Source: Geosiphon pyriformis uo1 (lineage: Eukaryota; Fungi; Glomeromycota). Taken from it: a stretch of DNA of 64,000 bases. The stretch is from the NCBI GenBank assembly GCA_016748015.1, contig JAAOMT010000003.1:1368373-1432372 (forward strand). The letters run 5' to 3'. Position 1 is the stretch's first letter. Each line of letters opens with the position of its first letter. Under the pieces are notes generated by a model. It did no database searches. It was not told the DNA's origin and saw nothing but the letters and a program-made list of their open reading frames with translations. This document shows positions 12,803-25,110 of the stretch, piece after piece. A program made the translations under genes and the position numbers.

Positions 12803-15800
12803 TCATGAACTAAGTAACGCGTTCAGCTTTCGTAGCAACATATTTACATAGCTGTTGCGCATGTTATAATTATCCATTACCTCTTTCGTCTACGAATGAA
12901 TAAATCTTTTATTAAAAATAAATTGAAACATTTAAAAGAGCAGAGAAAGATGCTTACCAAATGCTTATCTAGCGAGGCCAATTTATCTAACGTTCCTTTC
13001 AAATGCAATTGTGCATCAGATCTTAACCTTTCAATTGGACCGCCCCCACTTGACCCTGATGGACTTCCGATTAGGGTTTGCGAAGGAAAATTGGAAAAAG
13101 GTGTGATTTTTGATGCTGATGTTGGACTTAAATAATGCTCCAAATGGCGCCAAAGTAACAATAATGCGATTTCAACATCATCTAAAGAATGGGGAATTGC
13201 TCTTCAAATATTGTATATATTGAGTAAGAAGATTACTGGTTCAGAAACGTACTTAAATAAGAGTTGATTTTTCTCAACGCTTTTGAGCGTCGCTTGAATA
13301 ATTCTTGAATGGCCAATGTTTGACATTGAGAGTGGTTGAGCAGGTGAACATAATTTTCGGAGATCGTTTCGAGAATCTGTAGTTTAGGAAGATGATCCAT
13401 GGAATTTTACTAGTTAAAAGCGTTTTATTACCAGGATTTTGAAATATACCTCATCGACATCTGATTGTGGCATGTTATTATAGTTTCCAAGCTTCTGTGA
13501 AAGTTCATTATACTCTTGAAGTCTTTTGAACAATCCTTCCACTAATAACCTTAGACAAATAATAATAGCTGAAAGTTCAGGCTCCTCTGGAAATAATGAA
13601 GTGTATTAAAATATAGTACACTAGCCAACGAGCACAGAGAAATGCTTAATTAGGAGCAGAATATATTATACTCTCTGTTTGGGAATCGTCACGCCGGTTT
13701 GCCACTTCAAGAGAGCCGGTAAATATAGGTTTAAATTCCAAACCTTCATAAGAGATCTCAATTAGCAAATCATTTCGATTTAAGATAAAAAACGCAAAAA
13801 GTATCATCATATTCAACCTTTGGAATCAGTCACTCTATGGGCCCAAGTTAACAAATTTCTGTTGATATACTTAAGGAGGTTTTGTGCTCCTGGAAATAAA
13901 GTAAGAGAGAAGTACTACAAAAATCCGAATTATTAAATTAAACCAAAAATATCGATAGATGCATACGCTGTATTTTAAATTCATCGCCGATATCCATCAT
14001 GTCCGGACGCCAATCACTTATATAGAAATATTTTGCTATCGTTTCTTTCAATAAACTGTGAAAGGCTGGTTGTCGTGTATCTTGCCGCTGTTAAATATCA
14101 GAGTCCTAGATGCAGTTAATTTTGACAGTCATGGAATCAAAGGCTTTTAATTTTACCTCTTTATCCAAAATGGTTATTCTATTCCCCAAAAAATAGAACA
14201 AGGAAATTACTTCACACAAAGCTTCTAGATAAATCAAACAAGCGTCCTGATCATCAGAAGTCAATGTTCCTAAAGGAACATTATCGGAAAGAATATCGGC
14301 TAATACACCTTGATGACTTCTGATAAATTTGGAAACCTTAGCGATAAAATAAGTCAGCAAAAATTTTCCATAAACGAAGTCGCAGCATAAAAATAACCAA
14401 AAACCTTGGCTAAGCACGAGGAATTGTCATGGCCAATACTTGTAAAAATAGCGATTACTAGACGAAGCACCCAAAGCAGGAGTTGATGATATCGGATATA
14501 TCCCAATTTTCCGAACAAATCTGAAGGATTATTTTTTTTTAGTTAATAGACAGATCGTGATGCAAGAAATTTTTGTTTACGTACCTCCTGTGGGTTTATT
14601 GAATGCCGGGCGATCATCAAGAAACTTCATATTTTCTAAAGTTTCAATCATGCCTGAATCCAAAAGTTTGATGGCAGACTCACGACTTTGAGCGATGCGT
14701 ATTAATAATGCCATCCTTGATTCGAAAAGATAAGAGGCATGTAGTACCGATTGATCGGCTAGATAAAGAATGAAAAAATATTACAGTTATCAATTGCGGT
14801 GTGATAACTTGAAATTGAAAATTGTTGATCCAATTTCTATTGAAATCGCCCCGAATCTGAAAAAAATAAAAATCTAAAATTTCGATATCGCTTTAGCTTA
14901 CCGGCTGATCGCCCAAAAAAATATTTCAATAAATCATCACTGCGTTTTAAATCTCGTAATGTTTCGGACAAAAAATGAGTTTTGATCAAATAATCTACAA
15001 TCGAATTATCTTTTTCTCGTTGATACAATGCGCAAAGGGCAATCAAAGTGGAGATTGAGGCAAGCTGTGCAGCTACATGTCCTGCAGACGCATCGCTGCG
15101 TAATACATTCAAAAGACGATCACCAAGTTCTCTTAGAGTCGCGAAATTACCAGCGTCGACAATTGATTTGGTCCCAGTTCCACGTTTTAATGACGGAGAA
15201 CCCCAAGCTCTTAATGCACCTCCTCCCATGAGAGGAATCAAGTTTTTATCGCTGAAGTTAACTGCTGAATGAGAGGTAGATGGCAAAGAACCACCTCGGG
15301 AAGGTATAGAGACAGAAATTTCTGTTTCAGGATTACAATATTGAAAATACAAGTATAGACCAACATAAAAATTCATCCGCATTTCTGTGTTAGCAAATCC
15401 TCCAATAATTCCATAGAGAACGGATCTGAACATGTTATGAAGTTTTTCGGGGGGCAAGTTAGTCATGTGTCGAGAGGAGAGCTTTATACTTTGCAGCGTT
15501 GACTGGAAACGGCGATCCTGACATAATTTCGATAAAGCTGATACAATGACGTAGCTTAATATAAGTGAAGTGTTCAAATACTGTTGAGGCCTTATTTTTG
15601 GCAGTAATGTTGAGACAATCTCAACAAGGATAGGTTCCCGACGATCAAAGTTCATGACTTCATAATGGTTATATATAATGACGTCTATCACCTCACGCCA
15701 ACCTTTAAAAGATTCAAGCTTGAAAGCTTCATAACACGTCTTGCGATTTTGTGAGTAGCAATATTCCAAGATTGATCGAAATTCTTGATGTAACTCTTGC

Positions 15801-18800
15801 TCATTCGAAATAGCTCCTCGCTTCCTCATGTTATTCTCTAGATTTTGTAAAGCTGAATAAAGATCTCTAATGTTATATACTCTAATTCCTCTTCTGTCCT
15901 GTGTTAAGAAAGCCTCGATATCAAGTCGATCAAAATAACGTCTTTGAGAAGTATCCGCAAGGCAGGAATCTTTCCATTGATGATCTAGCATATCAAGCAA
16001 ATCGAGTAGTTTACCCCTTTGTTGGCTGTCGGTTCGACCATTGTTGAAAGAAGTGTTGAGTTCTTCTTCCATTGTTATATCTTTTTCCAATTCCTGCACA
16101 GAATCCCTTCCAAGCAGTAATGAGAGTAAACTCGAGACTTCGGAATGAATTTGACATTTTTGCAACTCCAAAGCCAGAATTTTCAATAACCAAGTCTTTT
16201 GATCAAGGGTAGATTTGATTGTGTTATAATCAACCTTCAATTTTACCTGGTCGAATTGTATAAGTATGCTATTATCTTCTTGATTATGAGGAGGCGACTG
16301 TGGAATAGATAAAGGCATCGACTTCAGCTGACCAATAAAAAATTTAATTGTTCGGAGATGGGTCATCGTGGGCTCTGATGTCTTGCCATCTGCACAAAGA
16401 CGGTATATGATTTCATAAAACCGAGAAGCAAGACCCGGATTATTTAAAAAAAGATCTGGTGATCCAGTGTCGTCTTCATATTCTTCAGATTCTCTATTAG
16501 AATGTCCAAGCAGGCTGAGAATCATATGTAGGCAACTTGTTCTCGTGTTGAATGCATCAATATATTTAATAGTTGCTTTACGTGATGCCCCCTCAAAATC
16601 ATAACCAAGGAGGAAATGTGCAATAGTTGGTGGCCTCGTCCCTGGCCTTAAATTTTCCAGTATCAAGTCAGCGATTGCAAGTCTTACCGACTCCGAATTT
16701 ATTTCAACATCATTTACTTGGAGTTCTGGAGTCTCTAAATTCTTTAGGTTTTGTATTATGTTCTCATCTTCGTGATCTATCACATCATTGTTGGCACTTT
16801 CAACCCCATTTAATTCTAATCGTTCAATAAATCCAGATATAATTCGATCCGACTCATCAGAAGATGCTAGTGTTTTAACAAGCCTGTTAATCCCTCGACC
16901 GTCAGTCCTGTCTATGTCATTGAACGCCTTAAAACGACTAAGCCGTAACAAGATTTTAATAGCATAGAAGCAAATAGCATGATCCTCAGCTTGTAAGAGC
17001 AATGCAATTTGAATAACAATTTTGCTTTCGTTTAAAAAAACGCTTTCAAAATTTCCAGGGGGATTTTCACGAAGAAGTGGTATTAATATACGGGAGAATC
17101 TTCTTTCCTTTTGAATTGCCATATCAATAATTCGAAGGATGCGAACGATAGATCCACTAAAATGAGGTGTCTTTATAATGTTTTGAACAAGCTTTGTAGA
17201 CGAGCCTTCAAGAATATTGAACATTGTTTCGATCAGTGCAGTTTTAGATAAAAGACGTTTCATAACATCGAACCCTGGATGATGTTTCAAATAGCGAAGA
17301 ATTTCCTGATTTATAGATGATTCTGAGCTCTGATTGATAGACGATGCTTCCTGGCGTGTCATTGATAGGGATGAGGAGTCATGAAATAATGGCCCAGTCA
17401 AATTAAACGAGAGAAGACATTTTTCAGTAATTTCTAGGGATTTTGATATAATTTCCCATTGCTCTAAAGGATTGTGATAACTGCGGAGTGAAGCTTTGGT
17501 GAGAATATTGTCGATAATGAAGCTGATGTAAGGAGTTATTCCCGGAGTTCGATAGGTAGAGCCAAGATCAAAGGGTATGGTTAAAGATATGGCAGGAAAG
17601 GCAAATAGCTGCGCGGCTCTCTCATTATCAATGTGAATCAAATTACTGATGAGATTTAGAAAGGCCAAAGTTTGTGGATATGTTTGGTTGGCTACCTCTG
17701 CTTCAACTAATTCCTTTTTCATACCACCACCAGAAAGCGCAACATTATTTGGTCTAGAAGTAATTGCACTATTAGGAATTTGTTTTGGAATAGTCGGAAT
17801 AATCTGACTATTTTCCAGTAATTTCCAGACTTCCCATGTAGCACTATGGGTTCGGCCAGGAACTGACCTACAAAAAGCAGAGATAGCATTGAGAACTGAA
17901 GCCTTTAATCTAGGTCTCAATTCTCGATTCAAAATGGCAAAAAGTTTATTGATAATGCCCTCCTTCTGAAAACGGTTGCGAGCTATTTCAGAATATTGAA
18001 CAATTTGACATAGGACACGAAGAAAGGCACTTAATATAGAACTCTCGTCGGGTCGGATCTTATTGTCACTTTGACTTTGCGAGCCTGATGTTCCTGCCCC
18101 TAGCCTAACAAGAGGTGGCGAGCCATATAGCACTACTGCTTTCTCCAGCATTTTCCAAGAACACCATTCTGTATTTTGATCTTCTGCTATTAAAAACCTA
18201 TCAGCCTGTTCACTGCATTTAGGGCCTGTCGCAAGAGAGCAAAGCATTTCCAAGTAGGCCCGAATCATACCGGTTTCACTCACACTAGCTCCCCATTTTA
18301 AGAAAGCTCTATAGTTCTCCCAAAATTTCAGACCTTCATCAGGCCGACCACGATAAATTGTGGCTATTAAATGTAAGAATGTCGCTAAATCCTGCCGCAA
18401 GCCCATGGTTTCGATCGAAGAGGGCTGTGACAATTTTGCAGCTTGAATTGAATCTTCTTCTCGGCGCTTGAGACCATGCAAGCTTGGAGTCATTTTTGCA
18501 ATAAAAGAGGTAACAAGTGATTGAAACTGATTTAAAAGAGTCTCCTGGAATTCTTTCTCTATACTAAAGGAAGAAGCATTTTTCTTCCTAATGTCGTTGA
18601 TTGAAAAAAGATTTTTTATAGGCAAAAGAGAATCCTCTGGGTCTATATCGTCATCGGTTCTTTGAAATGTCAAAAAATGTTGAATTATAAATTGAAAGGC
18701 ATTCCCTTCAATCGATTCCTTTGCCAAATTTAAAAGTTGATCTTCTTGCAAGTTCAATTGTTGCCTTAATGATGGATTCCGAGGCAATACCTCCCATATG

Positions 18801-20020
18801 AATAAAATCCATTGAAGTTGAATGATTTTACGAATCTCGGGAATCTTCCAGTGGCTTTGGCCATCATTAGCATCGTTATTAAGAAACTTTGAAAAGTTGC
18901 TTATAAATGTTTTGTCATTTTGCAAGGTTGAGTATTTCTTCGGTTCAGATGTTAATGCAGAGTTATGATCTCCCGAAATATCAATATATGCTAACAGTGT
19001 GATGACAAGATGTGGAGTAAGGGACTCTTGGAAATCGGCTGATTGCAATGTTTTGGCCACTTCCATGATTTCTGTCGCTTCTAGTCTAAAATTACGTGCA
19101 ATATGATAGAGAACGCGTCCTAATGTGCGGCGTTGATTATTGAACCACATTATAACGTCCTCAGCATCTTCAGTGGAAATACCTTGAATAGGTGTGTAAA
19201 TTCCATTTTGCTGCATAGGTGTAATTAGATCTTTGTGAAACTGGGTAATTTGTTCTTTAAGCTTATTGATAGTCTTCAAAATATGTTGGGGGAAAGAACT
19301 GGAGGAAGTGGTCGGGGCAGCCGATGAATAAGTTTGAAGTAAATCTTCTACATATCTTGCAAACAAATCTTTGATATCTGGTGATAAATTTTCTTCCCTC
19401 ACAGTCGCGACTATGCGTTCAAGACACCCAAGCATAAAATTACATTCAGATTCAAAGAAAGTAATTGCTGTCTCTACGGCATTTTTCCCAAGACGTGCAG
19501 CTTGATTTTGGGTACGTATAAGTATTATAGCTGCGAGCGACTCATCGAGATTCAAAATATCGGAGAGTAGGAAAATAGCCTGAGCAAAGTCTGGTTCAAT
19601 CAGATACTCATTATCTTCCAGTTTTAGAGTAGGAGCAACAGCATTACTTGGTTCTAATGACATAATAAAAATTGTAAGTAGAAGTGCAAAAACTTAATAA
19701 GAGTGTATTTGTTTCTGAACAACGTTATAGGTCTTATAGCGAAGCGAACGCTTAGGACTTTTACAAAAATAGAGCTTCCAGAACTAAGGAACAAATCTTG
19801 AGAACGGTTACCAAAAGCGCGACCCACCCTTTTTGAAAGCTTCTCTCTTGCCGGTCTTAGGGAGGAAATCCAGCAACACAAGAAACAAGGGTTTATAGGT
19901 TTGCAACTTATGGCTTAAATCTCTAAGAATAGATGCGGAAGGAGTCTCTTGGGTTACTCGTTCGATGTCTCTGTAAAGATTTTTGAAAGTCTCGGCGTTC
20001 CATTTGAGAGAAACGCTCAT
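12803..20020 (-). CDS. NUP192: Nucleoporin Nup192/NUP205 (large helical scaffold), one ~4.8-kb exon plus several short exons
   Basis: 1608-aa helical ORF with typical segments (WCSW..L, LKASVLNAISAF, VW..LE, EVANQTYPQTLAFL.L, LGSTYRTPGITPYISF, PTIAHFLLG, LLWRHLEHYL). First exon MSVSLKW; last exon ends LLRKLNALLSS*. Confidence 0.9.
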
Positions 20021-20605
20021 TTTGAAGAGGGCTTCTGAACTCGCGCTCTCAAGATGGGAAATTGGCCAATTATAATTAAATTATGTAAAAATTTCTATGA
20101 TTGACAAAAAATAAAAAATTTCAGGGCTAAACGCACATCACTTTTTCCCGGGTGATGTTTAATTTTAAGCTAGAAAAATTGAACGCATGAAACTACCTCT
20201 CAGCTTGTTCGTTATTAAAAGCTCGTCTATTCTAGATAGTAGTTAAAAAAGTGGAAATCGCGGAAGTTAACTTGCCACGTTTTTAGTCGTATGTCAAACT
20301 CATATATCGCGAAGATTTTAGGATTTTGTGGTTCCCGGCGGATTTCTCTAATAAAAAACATTATCATATTATCATGCAATTACTGAATCCTCGAAATATG
20401 ACAATGAAGAGAACGCCCTTTATTTATCTATACAAGCTTGAACACTGGTAGCCATGGTGTAAATATTGGAAAGGATCACCTCTCAAAAGTTTGCCTCCTC
20501 TTTATCCACCAGCCCAATAAAAGCCTTCTGGACACGCTTTTTTTCTTTGCCACCATTCCTTTTACGTTATGCTTCAATGAGTTTGAGGTCTCATCACCCA
20601 CATCA

Positions 20606-20990
20606 TTGAAGGTATGTTTTTGGTCATTATCATGCTGGAATACCCACTGATACCATATCTCCTGGTCCCATTGTCATAAAGGTGGTTGTTTAGTATCTTA
20701 TGATAGGTATGACGGTTCACTTCTTTGGTGAATACATGAAAACGGAAACTCATCCCGGACAGTTTGTCCGCCGACCTCGAAGTCTCGATGCGTTTTTTAG
20801 AGCCGTACTTTTATTTCGGCGTGCGTGAATTTGCCGATCTGGTGACATTTTGCGATGAGTAAGTTTGCGTGGGCGGCCAGGATGATGAATATCCAGAATC
20901 TGGCCATTCATGCCGAGGAGGCAGACGTAATGTTCACAGGAGCGAAGGGAACACTAATTAATTCGGCGATTTGGGTTGCATTGTGGTGAT
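20606..20990 (-). pseudogene. Internally deleted Tc1-type transposase remnant
   Basis: Minus strand reads HHNATQIAELISVPLRSCEHYV...HHPGRPRKLT (HTH plus GRPR motif). After a break it reads YHKILNNHL...GVFQHDNDQKHT, matching the Tc1 FQQDNDPKH DDE segment. Confidence 0.7.
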
Positions 20991-21455
20991 AGTTGTGTCA
21001 AAAGTACTTAGCCACCAAAAAAATCATTTTATGTTTTGAATTAAAATTAATTGTAAATATTATTTTTAGTTTGTATAATAAAGTTGTTTATATTTTGCAT
21101 TTTTTCAAACTTTTAAGCTGATTAAAAATTTTAATATAATTTAAAATGTAAAATTTTCAATTAAAAATAAAGTATTGTTTTATCTTTATATTTGATTTGC
21201 ATAAAATATATATTTCATAAATTGAATTTTATTTTTATTGCTGTGAAATATCTGATGGGTACTCACAAAACTCGTGTTTTGATAAATCTCGTTTTCGTCA
21301 AGTTGTGACTTAAGATTTGAAAGCATAATAATGTTGTGATACCATATTGGATAATGGGGATTTATTTAAGTCGCTCAAATAACTTTTACCGCTAAATTTA
21401 GTTCAGTTTTCGAAACACAAGTTGTAACAACATTTAATTTCTATAATTTTATTAT

Positions 21456-22357
21456 ATGATGGCAAATACATCAACAAAAACTAATTCCCCCATGACTGTT
21501 GACCAAATTTTCACCCAATCATCATTAACACCACTTACAAAACTTTTGCGCAACCTTTCACCTGATATCATATCAATAAAAACCCCTGTGGTTCTATTAA
21601 CAACCGGATCAATCAATCCGATTCACAAACAACACATAAATATTTTTGAACTCGCAAAGCGTACCATCCATCCCCAAACACCTTTGAATGAAAAGTATAT
21701 TGTTGTGGGAGGATATATTTCTCCATCACAAGATCTTTATGTGAATTCTAAACTTGGAGCCCTTGCAATTCCTGCCATTCATCGAATCGCAATGGCAAAA
21801 TTGGCAACACGGGATAGTGATTGGGTGGATGTGGACGAATGGGAGGCTAGAACCGAGGAAATGAAAGGAATGTTTATCGATTTTCATCGTGTGGCCCATC
21901 GATTACAACAATGGTTGAATGAGTGTCAAGAAGTTCAAGAGGCAAGGTCTGTTGCTATGGCTACCGGTGGAGTACTTTCACCCATCAAAGTTATGTATTT
22001 GTGTGGTTTTGATCACGTATTACGTACTGGAACGCCCGATTGAGTGAGAATGGGATAGTGGTAGTGGGAAGAAGTGTTGATTCCTATCTGAAATCATACA
22101 GCAGAGAAATCACACAAATTGAATGCCGGAAAAATTCGTGGATAAAGGAATGCAGCCTTATTTTCGATAGAGTGTACGGAATAAATCAGTGGTATCATTT
22201 TGTAGTTTTTGTGCAGGCGAATGATGATATATCTACTAGCTCTACAAAAATCAGAAACATGATAATTTCCGGACAAAATAAATGGGATATTTATTGTGAA
22301 AAGGAGGTTGTTGATTACATAAAAGAACATAAAATACTCAAGCCACGGGATAAATAA
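21456..22357 (+). pseudogene. NMN/NaMN adenylyltransferase-like (cytidylyltransferase fold), intronless, with a -1 frameshift at ~22038
   Basis: TGSINPIHKQH (GSFNPxHxxH), GGYISPSQDLYV.SK, HRIAM..LA...SDWVDVDEWE, MYLCGFDH. The second frame continues GIVVVGR...DISTSSTKIR...VVDYIKEH. Confidence 0.75.
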
Positions 22358-22660
22358 ATGTATTCATCGAAAATTTTCCATTTTTCTCGTAAATTCTTGA
22401 TTAAGAAATAAAAAATGTTCAAATATATTAATAATCTGTGGATAAAAGCGCTCATTCAGTATATTGAGGCGTTAGAATTTAATGAATAAGTTGCAAAATT
22501 AATTGAAATTTTTATCTTTGACTGAGAGTAAAGTACTGGAAATTATACCAATTACCAACAGCTTGAAAATAAAAGCCGAAATAATACTCATTCTATATAG
22601 TTGCGAGACAGATATTGTGTGCAGAAACATAAGATATGTTCAATTTGAACAATTAATCCT

Positions 22661-23014
22661 CTATTCTTTTTCCCACAAATGAAAACTACTAGCTTCCACC
22701 GGATCAATAGGGTCATGTTTTCCGGCGTTCGTTTTCAATTGCCGATATTGTGCCCATGCTATTTCAACATTCTCCTCCTCTTCATTAGAATCACCTCCAC
22801 CAAAACCTTCGGTTTCTGCATTGGCTTTACTATCCTTACCCTCTACTAATTGCTGCGAAGAGTCACCGCGATGCGAGTTAACGGGTAGTTTCGCATAGTT
22901 AGAAGGGGTACTCGAGATAAATTGATCGATTCCAGAAAGGTAAAAGAAAAGAAAGATAAGTGCGACACACAAAATTATGGAAATTAAAGTGGCTACCAAT
23001 TTTGCATAGCTCAT
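22661..23014 (-). CDS. Small hypothetical protein with N-terminal transmembrane anchor and acidic tail
   Basis: 117-aa ATG ORF with hydrophobic LVATLISIILCVALIFLFFYL; GC content above the flanks. Confidence 0.6.
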   Translation of the reverse strand: MSYAKLVATLISIILCVALIFLFFYLSGIDQFISSTPSNYAKLPVNSHRGDSSQQLVEGKDSKANAETEGFGGGDSNEEEENVEIAWAQYRQLKTNAGKHDPIDPVEASSFHLWEKE

Positions 23015-23169
23015 TTTTGATTTAACTGAGAACTTGGTTTCATGTGAGGTTTTTTAATTTTAAAGCCACATTTATCTAGAACTTTAAAATATGCACTATT
23101 TGATCATCCTGTCTATACGATCATTGAATCAATCAGGTTCGATGAGTGATTGAGAATAATATATTTACA

Positions 23170-24952
23170 ATGAATCCCATTGTTCAAAAATACCTTGAAG
23201 AAGTATCCGCAATAAAATCACGTTTGAAAGCCAAAAGGCAAGCAGATACTGTTATATGGAAAGAGGAAAAATCTAATGAAAAGAAATTACTACCGATTGG
23301 AATTTATTACGATGAGGACGGCGAGGTTGAGGATTTGATGCCTATCTTTTAGCCATTTGTGGCAAGAACAAAATTACAATCCATCGATTGATGTATTTAC
23401 TATAATCGTATCATCTTTTAAAATAGTTAAAACTTAATCTCCCTAAAGAACCGACTCTTCCTGATCTCAATGATTGTTGCAAGAACGGATGTACCCCATG
23501 TGTGTTTGACGTGTATCGTGATGAAGTTTTAGAACATCAATGCCGCATCAAAGAGTTGCTACGTGATTTTGAAAATATCTCTTTATCAGCCCCCTCGTCC
23601 AAGTCAATACCGCTACGTTCTCAGATAACATCTTTGAGAATTGATGATGATGATGGTGATGATGATGATGAGTCAAGAAGGAAAAAAATTGAAAATGAGA
23701 AGTCCAAGAATTCTTCCATATTCCCCTTGAGCTTAAAGACTTACCGTAATTTTGCCATTCTTGAAAAAATGCGTATTAATCATAATACTTTCCAGATTGT
23801 CTGTAAAGTCAACAGTGCAAAAATATCAAATAATGATTATTATAATGGCCAGGCTGACAATGAATCTCTTAGTTTGAAAGTTGGTGTTGGGGAACATGTT
23901 TTAATTCGGTAGGATGTCTACACTGAAGGCCTTTGGTTTCGTAATTAGCAATTGCTGATATTATTTTAACGACTAGAACTAATATTAACGGCAAGATCAT
24001 CACCAAAGCTTTCACCCCAATCACACATCCGAATACCAGAGGAACTTTCACGTTGTTGATCAAAGTAAATTTTTGAAAATTTACAAGAATAATATACCAT
24101 AATACAATATTCCTTAAGAAAACTTCTCGAAACGAAATAGACATATCAAAATCATGAACCTTCCATATACTTCAATCGTCTTCGAGTCGGTGATCAATTA
24201 TCTATACGAGGCCCAATTAAAAGTGGTTTCACTTATTCACCGGGATCGGTATGTTTTCCAATTATTTTCGAGTTTTATTTTATAATTTAGACTTGTATTG
24301 AATTTTCTGAATGAAATCTAGTGTAATTATTTAATCATGATCGCTGCAGGATCAGGTATGGGACATTTCATACTTTTGGAAAAATAACTTGGGTTTTTTT
24401 CTAATGCTCGATCACATTAGGTATAACACCCATGTATCAGATCCTTCTCCACGAACAGAGCATGTCACTTGGAAAGCAAACGCGACACATTTTTTTGATA
24501 TATAGCAACCACACATCAGGTGACATATGGCTCAAACGAGAAATAGATGATATTTTTGATTTTGATTATCCTGACAGAACGCGTCGAGCTTGGTACCTTA
24601 TTACTGATCCTGGAGCTAAAGTTATTCAAGGGGTATTCACCTTAATATCAAATCTGTATTTTTAATTTAAGTAAGAGTTTAATGTTTTTAATTCTTTTGC
24701 TTTTTCGTTTTTATACAGACCCTTGATTCTCCGGATCCCCAAGTCACCAATATACTTCATGAACGCCTTACATTATCTTTATTGAAACGTATTCTCCCAC
24801 ATTCAATACTTAATTTAAATATTGCCTCTGCAGCATTGGAGGAATTAACATCATATAAAATTTTCATATGTGGCCCAGAATCTTTTAACACAGATATTAG
24901 ACGATATTTAAAGGATGGTCTTTTGTTGAATGATATTCAGACAATAAATTAA
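23170..24952 (+). CDS. NADH-cytochrome b5 reductase-like protein with N-terminal oxidoreductase-like domain (CYB5RL-like), multi-exon
   Basis: EPTLPDLNDCCKNGCTPCVFDVY, VGEHVLIR, KAFTP, LLIK|TY, VGDQLSIRGP, MIAAGS|GITPMYQ, LIYSN, ICGPESFN. Confidence 0.85.
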
Positions 24953-25110
24953 AAAATATAAAATTACTAGTTTCTCGTAAATCTAGTGACGAAAGTTAAA
25001 AGTGTACATAATCACACATCTTGTCTTGTATTGCATTCCATAAAAAGGTCAAAATTTTTTAAAAATAGGATTTTACTCAAGATATAAAAAGCTTTATTCC
25101 TAACGATAAA

